Below, piece after piece: positions 1-12,800 of a DNA stretch of 64,000 nt (positions are counted from its first letter, which is position 1; each line of letters begins with the position of its first letter). The notes beneath the pieces were generated by a model. It was not told where the DNA came from, ran no database searches, and worked only from the letters and a program-made list of their open reading frames with translations. A program made the position numbers and the translations under genes. Source of the DNA: Vicugna vicugna. Taxonomy: Eukaryota. Where the stretch lies: positions 1 to 64,000 of the forward strand of contig MU058433.1 in the NCBI GenBank assembly GCA_013265495.1, written 5' to 3'.

Positions 1-39
<39 letters not shown>
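1..39. repeat. (ATT)n microsatellite, cut by the window edge
   Basis: attattattattattattattattattatttattattac. Confidence 0.9.
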
Positions 40-41
<2 letters not shown>

Positions 42-711
42 TTGATGTTGAAATAAATAACTTCTTGTATGAATCAGAAAAGTCATTATTTACATTGACT
101 GAAGACCAGAGTCTGCCTCTGGACCGCTAAATATCCCAACTGTTTTGTGTTTGATATCTTGCTAAGTTATGTTATTCAATCCTGCCCCTAAAGTAATTAA
201 TTTAGTGAACAAGGGCACTTCTGAGTCTCTTAATGTGCTTCTGGATATTTTTGAAACCTGGATTTTAAATATTATATTATCTCCATTAAGAAATAGTTCC
301 CTTTTTCTGTTTCCTAACACTTCACCAATAAAGACTTGTACTAGAAAAAAAAAATCTAATAACTGTATGCAATGCTGCTATGAGGTCTCTAGCCCAGGTT
401 CTGTGTGAGTAGATTAATCTCCATAGGGCGTCCTCTTTAGTGTAATACAGACATATGCTCGACTTACTCGTAAGCACTAAAATGAGGTCAAGGGATTTTC
501 TAATATATCCTACCTCCCTTGTATCAAGGAAAGAGTATGCAAGAAAAATCTATATAAGAGAAGCTTTAAAAAAATATTTTCTAGTGCATAAATCATGAAA
601 AACTCTATTCTGCTTACTCCAGACTTTTTGGAGCTAGAAATTCTAGAACACATGCTTCTGACATCTTTCGTTACGTCATTGTGCGGCAGAGAATTAAAAT
701 CCCCAAAAGGT

Positions 712-1985
712 GGCCAAGAGGCAAATGAAAAGATGCTCAACACGACTAATCATCAGGGAAATGCAAATCAAAACCACAGTGAGATAACACCTACATGCCG
801 GAGCCTGCCGGCAAAAAACAGGTCCGAAGACGCGGTCGACACGACTAAGAAGAGAAAGCACGCAGACACAGAATGGGGTCGAGAGGGACGAGTCTTACAC
901 CTGCTAAAGCAAAGGCCAGACACCGCCAACGCAGTTTATTTCGCAACTCTTTTTATAGTATGCAAGAAGGAAGAAACATTGAATACCAGAAAGATTACAT
1001 AGATTTCTTTACAGTTACACTCATGTTTATCTCAAGGAATGACATTTACAGTCATCAATCTAAGGAGTCCTGTTTTTACCCTTTTTCTTGGGCAAAGAAC
1101 AAAGCACAGAAACTCCTTCCGGGAAAACATCTGTTAATCCTTTATCTTAAGAACGTAGGGGTGGCGGGACAGGGAATCCTCCCAGAGCTGAGTCTTGTAA
1201 ACAGAGCTATTATGAGACTGACGCGCTGCCTACTGCGCTAAGGAGGCAACTTAAACAGAGCTATTAACTCCTGGATACCAGACCTTCAATCCATGAAGCA
1301 GCTCCCCGCAGGGGCTGTGTCTTGTAAATCAGGACTGTTAACTCCTGTCTACCAGACTCTCACTTCATGAGGCAGCTCCCCGCACCTACACCTGCCAGAA
1401 CGGCTACCATCAAAAAGACCAGAAATAACAAATGTTAACAAGGATGTGGAGGAAAGTGAACCCTAGTACAATGTTGGTGGGAATGTAAATTTGTTTTGCT
1501 ACTGTTGAAAACAATATGCAGATTTCAAAAAACTAAAAATAGCACTACCATAAGATCCAGCAATTCCACTCCTGGGTATATATCCAAAGAAAATAAAGCA
1601 TTAACTTGAAAAGATCATGCATTTAATGTTCATAGCAGCATTATTTGCAATAGCCAAGATATAGAAGCAGTCTCAGTGTCTATCAACGGATGAATGGATA
1701 AGAAGGTGTGATATATATGTATGTATATATTAATTAATATACTATATTTATATATAATATATATAATGGAATAGTTTTTAGCCATAAAAAGAATGATGTT
1801 CTGCCGATTTCAATGGCATGTATGTACCTAGAATTCATTATGCTTAGAGAAAGAAGTCAATGGCAAATACAGTATGATATCACGAAAATGTGGAATCAGA
1901 AAAACAAAATAAAGTAGCAAATACAACGTAAAGACTCACAGATATAGAGAACAAACTAGTGGTTACCAGTGGGAAGAGGGAGGAA
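712..1985 (+). mobile_element. LINE-1 3' fragment (ORF2 end plus 3' UTR), interrupted by a solo LTR at 796-1384
   Basis: Typical L1 motifs: aaaagatgctcaac..catcagggaaatgcaaatcaaaaccaca, gatccagcaattccactcctgggtatata, gagaacaaactagtggttaccagtggg. Ends approximate. Confidence 0.85.
796..1384 (-). mobile_element. ERVK-type (class II) solo LTR, 589 bp
   Basis: TG...CA termini with a perfect 6-bp TSD cctaca (790-795 and 1385-1390). Minus strand starts TGCGGGGAG and has TATAAAAAG (~949-957) followed by AATAAA (~934-939). CpG-rich. Confidence 0.85.
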
Positions 1986-2769
1986 TGGTTTCGGCTATTA
2001 AATATTGTTTTCCTTGGGACGTGTTTGAGTGGTGGGCAGATAAGGGCGGCAGAGAGGAACCTGGAATTTTTTCTAGATGTCAGCCTCTATCAGTTTTCCT
2101 GGGTCATACTTGTTTATACATCGTACGGCAAATTCTGACAGCACATCAAATTTCACTTTGTGAAGTTAAAACAACTCATTAGATTTTGAGAACGATGATG
2201 GTAGTGGAAGCAAGAACAGCAGCTGTAATGTTAATAGTGGTATCAGTTAGGCAGGATTTGTAGCGGTTGGGGACAGATACTGGAGACAGACTAGTGTGGA
2301 ATCTCCTCTGGGTCACAGATTATCTGTATTACTCTGAACAGTTTACTTAACTCTCTATACCTTGTAAGATTGTTACAAAGGTTAAGTGTATTCATGCAAA
2401 AATAATTTCAAACAAAATCTGGAACTTTTAAGGACTCCATAAATTAATTAGCATTATATTAGTAACTTTTATTATAATAGGAAATGATTCCTAGCTTACA
2501 TTAATCCCCTTTGTAAGGTTTTGTCTGGTCACTCAATTTCCTCTAAAATTTATCTTTCTATAAATGCCACTGTTTCCTGAATGGACTGATCACTTGTTTT
2601 GTGCTATAAATTTTGCAGCTCCATTACTGATCTTTTAATTTTCCTTCAGTATAAAAGTCCATGTTATTCTTTATGATGATATGATGATGATGATGATGGT
2701 GACAACGATGACCCCATGGATGACAGCCTATGGCTACAGTAACCATCAGATTATAAGCCAAATGTGAAG

Positions 2770-3708
2770 TCACATTTTGATGCGGTGAAACATGCGGACA
2801 ATGGCTCGGCGGATCTCCTTGGTCTTGGCGCTATAAATGAGAGGGTTGAGCACAGGAGGTACAAAGAGGTAGACATTGGACAAGAGGACATGTATGTAGC
2901 GTGGGGCATTTTCCCCAAAGCGGTGCACTGTGGAGACCCCAATCATTGGCGCATAAAACGCAAGTACAGCCAAGATATGTGACACACACGTGTTGAGAGC
3001 TTTGAGGCGTTCTTCACGGGAAGCGATGGCCATGACTGAGCGCAGAATGAGCACATAGGAGAGGAAGATACATAAGAGGTCCATGCCAAAGGTGGATATG
3101 AGAACAAAGAGTCCATAGATGCTGTTGATAGTGATATCAGCACAGGCCAGCTTCATCATGTCCGGGTGAAGGCAGTAAGAGTGGGAAAGGACATTGGATC
3201 TGCAGATAGGCAGCCTCTTAAAGAGAAAGGGAAGGGGAAAGAGGGTGACGAAGCTCCGAGCAATCACCACTAAACCCATTCCAGCAATGACTTCGTTGGT
3301 GAGCACAGTCGCATAGCGCAAGGGGTCACAAATGGCCACGTAGCGGTCAAAGCTCATGGCCAGCAGAATGCCTGACTCCATCATGGAGAAGGAATGGATG
3401 AGAAACATCTGGATGAGACAGGCATGGAAATCAATGTTGCGGGCATTGAGGCAGAAGGTCCTGAGCACGGTAGGCAGTGTGGCCATGGACATGGCCACAT
3501 CACTGAAGGACAGCAGGGACAGGAAGTAGTACATGGGCTCGTGCAGGCTGGGCTCCACTCGCACCGCCTGCAGGATCACTGCGTTGCCCCCGAGAGCCAC
3601 GGCGTACATCACACAGAGGGGACCGGCTAGCCAGATCTGAGAACTCTCCAGACCGGGAATGCCAGTCAGGAGGAAGAAAGCAGGGTGAGTGACGTTGAAC
3701 AATCCCAT
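2770..3708 (-). CDS. OR51I2: Olfactory receptor 51I2 (class I), intact, 312 aa
   Basis: Single-exon 7TM ORF with LHEPMY, MSFDRYVAIC, HSYCLH, KALNTC and PPVLNPLIY motifs. The N-terminus MGLFNVTHPAFFLLTGIPGLESS matches recalled human OR51I2. Confidence 0.92.
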   Translation of the reverse strand: MGLFNVTHPAFFLLTGIPGLESSQIWLAGPLCVMYAVALGGNAVILQAVRVEPSLHEPMYYFLSLLSFSDVAMSMATLPTVLRTFCLNARNIDFHACLIQMFLIHSFSMMESGILLAMSFDRYVAICDPLRYATVLTNEVIAGMGLVVIARSFVTLFPLPFLFKRLPICRSNVLSHSYCLHPDMMKLACADITINSIYGLFVLISTFGMDLLCIFLSYVLILRSVMAIASREERLKALNTCVSHILAVLAFYAPMIGVSTVHRFGENAPRYIHVLLSNVYLFVPPVLNPLIYSAKTKEIRRAIVRMFHRIKM

Positions 3709-6609
3709 GACAAGAGAAAGCCAGAGAGCTTTTCAGGGTCAGACCTTCTGACTGAGAGATTTGTGAGAATTGCACTTACTGGAGGAGAGGGAACCAGGGA
3801 GTAAAAGACACAGCAGGCAGTGTCTACACAGTTTGAGCTGATGCACTCGTGAAATCACTGGTTTAGGGACACTGCAGGCAAACTTCTTTTCTTTGTGTTT
3901 TATGGTCATCAAGGCATGGGCTGGGCTATTGTTTTCTGGAATATTTTATGGCCTGGGCTCTGTTTTATGGAAAAAGGAAGATATTGATAAATGCTTAAAC
4001 ATATCAATTAGTCACCAACAAAAAACTTTAACGATATTGTCCACAATTTTAACTGCTTTACAAGCATCATTGAATGCAAATATGTTAACTACAAATCAGA
4101 GATCGTTTTTATAGGACACTTAGAGTTTGAATGGAAGTAAGTTAATTACAATTCATAGATAGTTATTATAAAAGGACACTATGAGTTTGAGCCATCAATA
4201 ACTATTGAAAATTTTAAAATTTCTCCTGAAAATGTCATTTAATTCAGTGGTGTCACTGATTAATGAAAGTATTCCCCAGAGCTGGTTTGAATGATCATGT
4301 GTGTACACTCAGGATGGGGAAGGCGCAGTGGGACTTGGAGAGAACTGACCCCCTCTGGACATCAGCCTTTCATTGGAAGAGTTGCTACAAAAAAAAAAGA
4401 AGAATTTATTTAATTGTGCAAAGGCACAAGCCACCCCTGTTTTTGGGGAAAAAAAATGATTTCTCCCTTAAATCTGCACTAGGTACACTAACATTCAGCC
4501 TGTGGGAGAGCATTGTTCCACATAGAGATTTTCACACCCATACACGTCATACGGACTCTCAAAATATACACGATTCACACAGACACAGTCACGTACCTTC
4601 ACGACAGCCTCATGCTGGATCCCATTCATACGCTTTGTAAAAGCACTCACCCACATCTCTTTCTGTCTCACAAACTTACTTTTATTATACAATTATGTGT
4701 TTGGCACTCCCTCTTGACTTTTGTACACTTCAACATGCACATGTCCTGTCCTGCTCGTACTCTCAGTCCACACTGACATATATGCCGCATTCACACCTGC
4801 ATAACACTCAAGTGCACACATAGGTTTGTGTCCTTACACAGCAAACACTTCCACCTGCATGTTCATAGACTCCTACCTGCTCACAGCTACTAACCCGCTC
4901 ACCCACACAGACACTCCTTCCACCCTCACGTGTTGCATTTACTCAGTTTTTCTTACCGTGGCACGTCTATATTACTTACCCAATTCTAGAGGCCAACCCA
5001 CAGCTACTTCCCTCTGAGAGTGATGATATTTTTCGTTCCCCTATCATTCTCCTATTTTTGAAACTCTTCCATGTTGACTCCTTGATGATGGACGGAGGTT
5101 GAGAAGGCAAAAAGCCTTTCACCTGGCAGATGTGTTTCAGGCTTATAAAGCACCCTTTTCTGTGGTGGGGAGGGAACCCCAGAAATATGTACCACTGTTA
5201 TCTTTTTCCCTTCCTCTTTAACCTCTGTCAGAGCAAGGCCAGAGCATGATCTCAGAGTCCTTCCTGATGGGAATGGCAGAGGAAGGGGCCCTGGGAACCT
5301 TAGGTACCTGAAGGCCACAGAGATGCTGCAATGCTTTGTCATGCAACATCAACACTCTGGGAAAGACTCCTGGACTTTCTCCATCAATATAGAACTCAGA
5401 CCTTCTCCAGATTTGTAAAAAGGTAGTGGCCACTTGTCTGAGTTGGACTGATTACACCCCTTCTGGTCCTACAGTTCGGTCTGTGCAGGCACGTCTCCCC
5501 TTCAGAACTGTGATTCCTTGGGATCCAGGACTCCAAAGTTCTCCATCTCTTGTTTTTCCCACCTGACTACAATTCCTTCTTACACAGCTTCATGGAAGGT
5601 AAGGAGCAAAAACAGGTGAGGACTGAGCTAATGTAAAGGAAATAGGAAGAAAAGGGAAAAGGAAACAGGCTTCAGTGAAACCAGGATTCTGTGAAGGGCA
5701 GAGCCAAAGGCATTCTGGGTATGGCTATCTACACCTTAGTATTCTTGGTAAAAAGGCTGCCCGACAGTCCCAGGATCATATCCTTTATCATATCTGGCAG
5801 CCACTAAACTTGGCGGTTGTCTAGATGCAAGTGAAGAAAAGAATGCAGTGAGAGAAAACCAATGCTTATGGAGCATGTACTATGTGCCAAACACTCTGCA
5901 CGGACCTTTACAACCATCTACTTTTTAAATCCTCGACAGAAGTGGAAACTAAGGCTCACTGCGGAGAGCTTGCCTCCCAGAGTAGATCAAGGAGCTGATA
6001 AACCTCAATGTAAATAAAGATACATAAGACTCTCTAAAAAAGGATATGAAGACCCCACTGAGGTCTGAGAGGCATCACAAAGATGCTGGAAAGGACATGG
6101 ATAAAGAAAATAGAGGTGTATGTGTCTGGATGGAGATTTCTCAGATATCCTTGAAGAGAGAGGGTGGCTAAAGGCAGATTCATGTGGTGAAAATGATGTA
6201 AAAAGTACCTGCATTCAATGCTGGACTCAATTTCTTCTGACCCCACAACCCAGAGCCTTTCTTTAACTGAAGCCTTATAGGAACCAGGATGGTGTAGGGG
6301 AACAGGTACTGGCCTGGGAATCTAATGTCCTGTGATTTAACCGTGCTCTGGCATGTCCTGGCTGTGTGAGCTTCAGCAAATCTGTTTCTCTTTCTACACC
6401 TCAATGTCTTCTTTTTTATAACTATCTCTATGGAAATTTTAGAATATCCTTTATGGCTTTGATGTTCTTTTATTTTCCTCGTTAATTTTTGGTCAAGCAA
6501 AGAATAGCTGTGACGATTTGCCAGCGATGCTAAGGACAACAAAAACAAGGTAGAGATGGGACTGGAAGTGTGTATAGAAAGGGTCTTCTAAGAGCCATAG
6601 TATTGGGGG

Positions 6610-6732
6610 CTTTTTTTTTTTGAAGGGGTAATTAGGTTTGTTTGTTTGTTTATTAAATAGAGGTGCTAGGGATTGAACCCAGGACCGCGTGCTTGCCAAA
6701 CACGCACTCTACTACTGAGCTCTACCTCCCCC
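6610..6732 (-). mobile_element. tRNA-derived SINE (camelid Vic-1-like)
   Basis: Minus strand reads GGGGAGGTAGAGCTCAGTAGTAGAG...GGTTCAATCCC (A and B boxes) with an A-rich tail. TSD-like taagagccatagt / taaaagccatagt. Confidence 0.85.
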
Positions 6733-7562
6733 TAAAAGCCATAGTTGTTAATCTACATCATGGATTATAAAAAAATCTAGAAATGCTTATCTATCCATGT
6801 TCATCTAAAGTTTATAACTAGCTGATTTCTCCTACTTTTATAATCTCCTGGGTGACTTTTATGTATTGTTTCTCAGAATTCATAAGGTAAGACCATGTGA
6901 GCTGGCTCTGCTGTTAGAGTCGTGAAACTGGTAGTAACCACTTTGTTCCTGGATTTCTGAACCTTTCTTGTACTCAGAGTCCTGCTTTCCTCTCTGAACT
7001 TGCAACAATGTTAGTGAGTCAGAGAAACATGGATCCCAAGGAAGCTGACTCTGGAAAGGGGGCAATCTAGAGAATACAGTGAATTACCCAGAGTCACACA
7101 ATCAGATAGTGTCATGGCAAGAACCACGAGTCCACGGAACTTCCCACCTGCTCTGCCCACTCAGCTCAGATGCTTCTATCTGATAACCACCACTCAGTCT
7201 CTCCCTCTGCACCTCACCCTGCCCCTTCCCCAGTTTAACCCTTTCTTGAGACAGGCTTCAGGACAGTCTGCTAGCTCACCCCGACTGGGTTTCAGAACTC
7301 ACCAGAAGACAGACAGACGAGAGACACCCGCAGAACTACACTTCCTTCTCTCTGCTTGCAACAGTGTGTTCACACTTCCCACTATTATGTTTCATTCTAA
7401 GCCCCTGGAGAGAGAGCAAAGAGTGATGCTGACTTCGTGTCTGAAACACAGCAGGAAGGCTCTAGTCTCCTGAGGTTTTCCATGACTACTGAGAATAAAG
7501 CACATACTCTTAGCTGAAAAAAAACTCAGCAACCTGCCAGAGCATTTCTCTACCCAATGCAA

Positions 7563-7580
7563 GACACCATCTGGTGGCCG
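7563..7580 (-). promoter_or_regulatory. Candidate CTCF site
   Basis: Minus strand CGGCCACCAGATGGTGTC resembles the CTCF core consensus. Confidence 0.45.
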
Positions 7581-8536
7581 CTGGGCAGGCATGTAAGAGA
7601 GGAGCTCGTTACCTTCTAAGCAATCCCAGCATTTTGTCATCTGTTCACCTAGTATGACAAATAAGGGATAATGAGAAAATAAGTTTACTTTTCTTACTCC
7701 TTTAAATGTACTGAAAGGATTAGTTCTTTCCTTACCCTTGGATGAGAACTCAGTTCCCTATGGTTCTGGTCACATTCAGAAAATAAAACATCCTCTGGTG
7801 ACTATTAGACTGCTCAGCCTCTTGGGACAGTCACCCTTTCCAGGGTTCAGAGGCACAGCCTTTCGTCTTCTCCCATCCTTCACTGGCTAAGCATGTTCTC
7901 TGGCTCCTCCTCCCCCGAGAAGCCACAAGGGCAAGGGGAAGATTCATAGTTGATTATGGTTCAGTTAGCTGCTGTCATGTGTCCCAGGCATGTTAAGTGT
8001 TTAGAGCTGACTCTTTCTTTCATTGGGTGCTTTCCTTGATGAATGAAGAGCTTTCTCCCCATCTTTTCCTTCTCCACTTGGTTTAAACTAATATATGGTT
8101 GCCTTTGATTCCATCCACAAGCCAGGCCCCCTTTGTAAAACCATACATTCTTCTGGCCGAGATCTCAGACAACAGCACGCTGTAACATGTAGCCCACCCA
8201 GGAAATGGTTGCAACAAATGCCCTACCGCAAAACAGGACTAGGCTCCCATTCAGTCCTGCTATGAGAACAGCAAGGGAGCTTTTATCGCTCTATCCAGAT
8301 TTTCAGGCACATGTAAGGAGCCAGTCTGCTATGCCTCGCTTTCCCCAAACCTCAGGGGACGTTTGTTTCCTGAGCGGAATTCTTGAGGATCCTCTCTTTT
8401 GCTTCAAGGAAAGTGCCATGTAACTCCCTGCCCCGTTGTTGGGTGTGAGGTGAGGCCTCACTCTTTCCAGTGGTTCTCTTCAGGAACCTCTATTTACATC
8501 CTGGAATTCATAACTCCTTTGAGCCTGTAATTGGGG

Positions 8537-8743
8537 CAGGATTTCTCAGCCTCAGTGCTGTTAACATTTTGGGAGGGATAGTTCTTTGTTGTAATGTGAT
8601 GTCTTGTGCATTATAAGATATTTAGCAGCATCTCTGGTCTTAACCTAATAGATGCTCTACCCCATTTTTGACAACTAAAAATGTTTCTAGACTTTGCCAA
8701 ATGTCCCCTGAGGGACAAAATCACCCCTGGTTGAGAACTACTG
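8537..8743. mobile_element. MER20-like hAT DNA transposon (MITE)
   Basis: caggatttctcagcctcagtgctgttaacattttgg...ttgccaaatgtcccctg...ggttgagaactactg. Confidence 0.8.
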
Positions 8744-11068
8744 AATTCAGGGGAGTTTACAAGTCAGGTAACCAGTTCTATGAAAATGAATTCACAATTT
8801 CCCCATGGTTGTCCATTAAGAATATAATATCCATTGTCTTCATGTATTAGCTATGTTAAGATATGCAGAAGCCATTTAAAAATTCTGTTCCACGTGCAAA
8901 ACATCTCAAACAGATTAGAATTTTTCTTCTCAAAAGGCCATTTTCTGAGCTCAGTTAAGCAATTTTGTATTTGTCTATTCTCTGTTATCAAATCATTCCC
9001 TCTGCAAGGATTGAGCTGTGGCGTGTACAGAAGACCCTTCACTGCTCCTCTTCTGAATGATCTCTCTGCACTCCAAGACTTATAACATTTGTTTCTGTCT
9101 TTCTGAACCTCTTGCAGATTCTCAAACAAATATGCCATTTCACTTAATCACAACTGTGCAAGGTCCTAGAAAAGATCAATAGAGAATGTAACATAAGCAT
9201 TTATTAGGCTAGGAATCTTCCACAGGGCAATTTAAGCTGGAAGATAGTAGATAAGGAGCCAGCCAGATGAAGGGAAGAGCCTCCAAGACTTGGGTAACAG
9301 CATTTGTGAAGGCCACATGGAAGGAATCAACCTTGAATATTCAAGAGACTGAAAGATCATTAAAGTTGCAACAAAAAGAACAAAGGGGAAATGGCTCAAG
9401 ATAAAGTTTGAAAGAAGGGAGTTGTCATATCACATAGGGTCCTCTGGGCCATATAGAAGGTTGGACTTGATGGTAATGGAAATGGAAATAATATAATGAA
9501 ATTGTCCTTAATGCATTTCTGTAATTTGCAGAGTGGATTGGGTTAGGGTTGAATAACATAGGGAAATCAATAAAGGCTGCTGTAATGATCTAAGGTTGAC
9601 ATGTTGATATTTTGATGAGAGAGTAACTGGGAATGGGAAGACGTCACACCAGTTTAATGCAAATATGTTGAGTTAAGCTGTGCATAAATAAAAGATCACT
9701 GCACAAAACAGTGCTAGAAATTTCTTTCAGTGTTCAGAAGTACTCACTTTCCAGCCCTTGGTTAGTTATGGACCTCTGGGGCATGGGCATACACATGTAC
9801 AACCTGTTTATAGTGACTGAGTTATAGATAAATTTATTCAGGAGGCAAAAAAAAATTATAAGCTCTTATTTTCCTAATAGAGAAAAAAATTCATTATATA
9901 TACATATGTATGTATTGATGGATGGATGGATGGATGGATGTGTATGTTTTTGAGTATGTCTGGTAGTTTTTGAGCATGTCCTAACTACTTTTTTGAGGAT
10001 GTCTGGCTATGTTAATGAGACTGAAGGGTACAAAGATGAGTAAGACAGGCTTGCTGCCCATGAATTGCTTGGAGTCTAGTTGAGAATTCAAACTGCCCAA
10101 AGCAACTTATATGATTAAGGTACATTCCAAGTACAATGAGGACACAAAGCAGATGTGGAACAGTTCTATTTGGGGTTCAAGAAAACCTTAGACAAAACAT
10201 TTCTTTAGACCATGGCTGATGCACGTGATCTTTTGAAGCTAAACATTGGATTTTACATTGATTCTGCTGAATACAAGCACTGAGTAAATAAGCAAAGCAT
10301 ATTATCATATAATTTTCAGAACGATTTATTTACTCTTCGAAATAAACATATGAGATAGCTGAATCAGAGATCCCATTTTACAGTTGAGGAAATTAAGACT
10401 GAATTCAGTCCACTCACTCAAGGGTCACCTCTTTGGATGGGGTAAGTAACCTTATAGGAGTAATCATTTCACAGTGTCTGTGTGTAACAAGTCATCATGT
10501 TCACCTTAAACTTACACAAAGTTATATATCAGTTACAACTCAATGAAGCTGGGAGAATAAAAGAACAAAGGGGAAAAAAATGCCACCTCTAATTTGCATT
10601 TCTCTCTATAGAGGAGTTATGGGCACCGAGGGAGAAGAAATGTTCCCTGATACGAGATTCTGATTTAAGGAAATCAGTCATTAGTTCAAATGCTCATTTA
10701 TTAATTTGTTCACTCCTGATTTCCTTCTGTTACCACTTACTATGGATTACTCATCCAGGCTCTCACTAATTCTTTCATATTGCTCTCATCATCAGCCACG
10801 CTTTGAACGGAGGAGGAACAGCACGTCCGAGGTGGATGGACAAAGTGTTTGACAAGGTTGCGGCTTTAGGGAGCTCAGATTCCACGAGGAGAGGGCAGAT
10901 AGACATGAAAGAGTGAAGGGAGGTCACAGGAGAGGTATAAACCAAGGGCTGCTGAGTTCAGCTGAGGTTGGCAGGTCCAAGTGCCTACATATTTCAGGGC
11001 CTCCTGTGTGAAAAGAACGTGCCAAGAATCCTGAAGTCTAGTTCTGACTGCTTTAGTATCGTAGCTGT

Positions 11069-11551
11069 TGTATGAGTCAGTGTTTTTGAGATAAACAGAG
11101 CTAGTAGAATACGTGTACAGAAAGATTTCTTAAATTTATTATAAAGAACTGGCTGTCACAATTATGGAGACTCAGGAGTCCAGACGCAGGAGAGCCAATG
11201 GTACAGTTACTGTCCGAGTCTGAAGCCCTGAAAACCAGGAGAGCCAGCGGTGAAAGCTGCAGTCCCAATCTGGAGGGTCTCCAAAGGCAGGAGAGGACTC
11301 ATATCCAGCTCTAAGATGATCAGACAGAGATTTCTTTCTTAGGCACTCAGCTTTTTATTCTATTCAGCAATTCAGTGGATTGGATGAAGCCCACTCACAC
11401 CGGGGAGGACAGTGTGCCTTACTCAGTTTATCCATTCAAATGTTAGTCTCATCCGGAACTACCCTCACAGACACACCCAGAAATAGCGTTTAGCCAAACA
11501 TCCAGATGCCTTGAGGCTCAGTCAAGTTGACCCATTAAATTAAGCATTACA
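11069..11551. mobile_element. MLT2-like (ERVL) LTR
   Basis: tgtatgagtcagtg...aactggctgtcacaattatggagact...gtcaagttgacccattaaattaagcattaca. Confidence 0.75.
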
Positions 11552-12105
11552 GTTATCAGACTCTAAAACTCAACTTTTCAAGCAGCAAGGTAAGAAGGGC
11601 TTTGGATCCTCACTGCCTCGAAAACCGATCACCCAAGCTAAACTTGCATGTGATAATGCTGTGATTCCCAGCCTGTAATTACTCCATCTGTGCCGCTGTC
11701 TTTTTCAGAATTGTGCAAGCCCGTAACCAGAAGCCCCAGCCTTGTTACCAAGTGTCTTGAAGTTTGTTCCCTGGTCCTCTTGGAAAAACCTCCTAACCCT
11801 GTAGTAATATTTGTCATTCTCTCGGTTACTCTTTTTTTTTTTTTTTTTAACATTTTTTATTGATTTATTCTCTTGGTTACTCTTGAAAAGAGATAATTTT
11901 TCTGTCTCTAGAGAACATTGACATGGTTGATTTTTGGATGAAACCCAGGATGGTCCCGGCAGGTGCTGGCCCATATACTAGACTAAATGTTTGATCCTTT
12001 CACAAAAAGCGTAACACTGACACCCAGTGATCCTTTCCTCCTCTGGTGTCCGGATGGTTCTTCCTCCAACACAAATCTTCCAGGGCTGCCAGATCTACCA
12101 AAGAG

Positions 12106-12800
12106 TCAGGACATAACCCTGCAGAGCATCTTGAGAAATCTGCGGCAAATCTCCTTTGTCTTAATGGAATAGATAATAGGGTTGAGCATGGGAGGCACAA
12201 AGAGGTAGATTATAGACATGAGGATATGGACAGCATGGGGCAGGCCAGCTCCAAAGCGATGCACAAGGGACACACTCACCATAGGCACATGGAAGATGAG
12301 CACAGCTAGAATATGGGACACACACACATTGAGTGTCTTGAGGCACTCCCCTCGGGAGGCGATGGCTAGCACTCATCGAAAGATGAACACATAGGAGATG
12401 AAACTGAGTGCAGAGTCCAGGCCGAAGGTGACTAGCACAATGGACAACCCATAGTGGCTATTAAGGGAGACATCAGAGCATACCAGCCTAACCATATCTG
12501 CATGAAGACAGTAGGCGTGGGAGAGAATGTTCTGGGGGCGACAGAAGGGCAGTCTGCAGCAGCAGCGGTAAGACCAGGATGAGAGCAAAGCTTCGGAGGA
12601 CAGCACTCAGGCCCATCGCCCCGACGCGGGTGTTAGTGAGCACGGAGGCATAGCGCAGTGGGTTGCAGATGGCCACATAGCGATCGAAGCTCATAGTCAG
12701 AAGGATGCCAGACCCTGTCCAAGCAAAGAGGTGGATGAAAAACATTTGGGCCAAGCAGGCATTAAAGGCAATCACTCGGGCATGGAAGCAGAGGGCAGCT
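12106..12800 (-). pseudogene. OR51-family pseudogene, 5'-truncated
   Basis: Reads ACLAQMFFIHLF..MSFDRYVAICNPLRY, then a frameshift near 12560, then HAYCLHADMVRL..YVFIFR, an in-frame TGA (12373-12375), and finally KTLNVCVSH..PPMLNPIIYSIKTKEI. N-terminus to TM2 is absent. Confidence 0.9.

Noticed and set aside
595..1241. 135-aa and 122-aa ORFs
   Set aside because: They span the L1/LTR junction and show no coding signature.
6660..6732. tRNA-like sequences here and at ~34340, ~50960, ~56570 and ~56890
   Set aside because: These are SINE heads with A-rich tails and TSDs, not tRNA genes.
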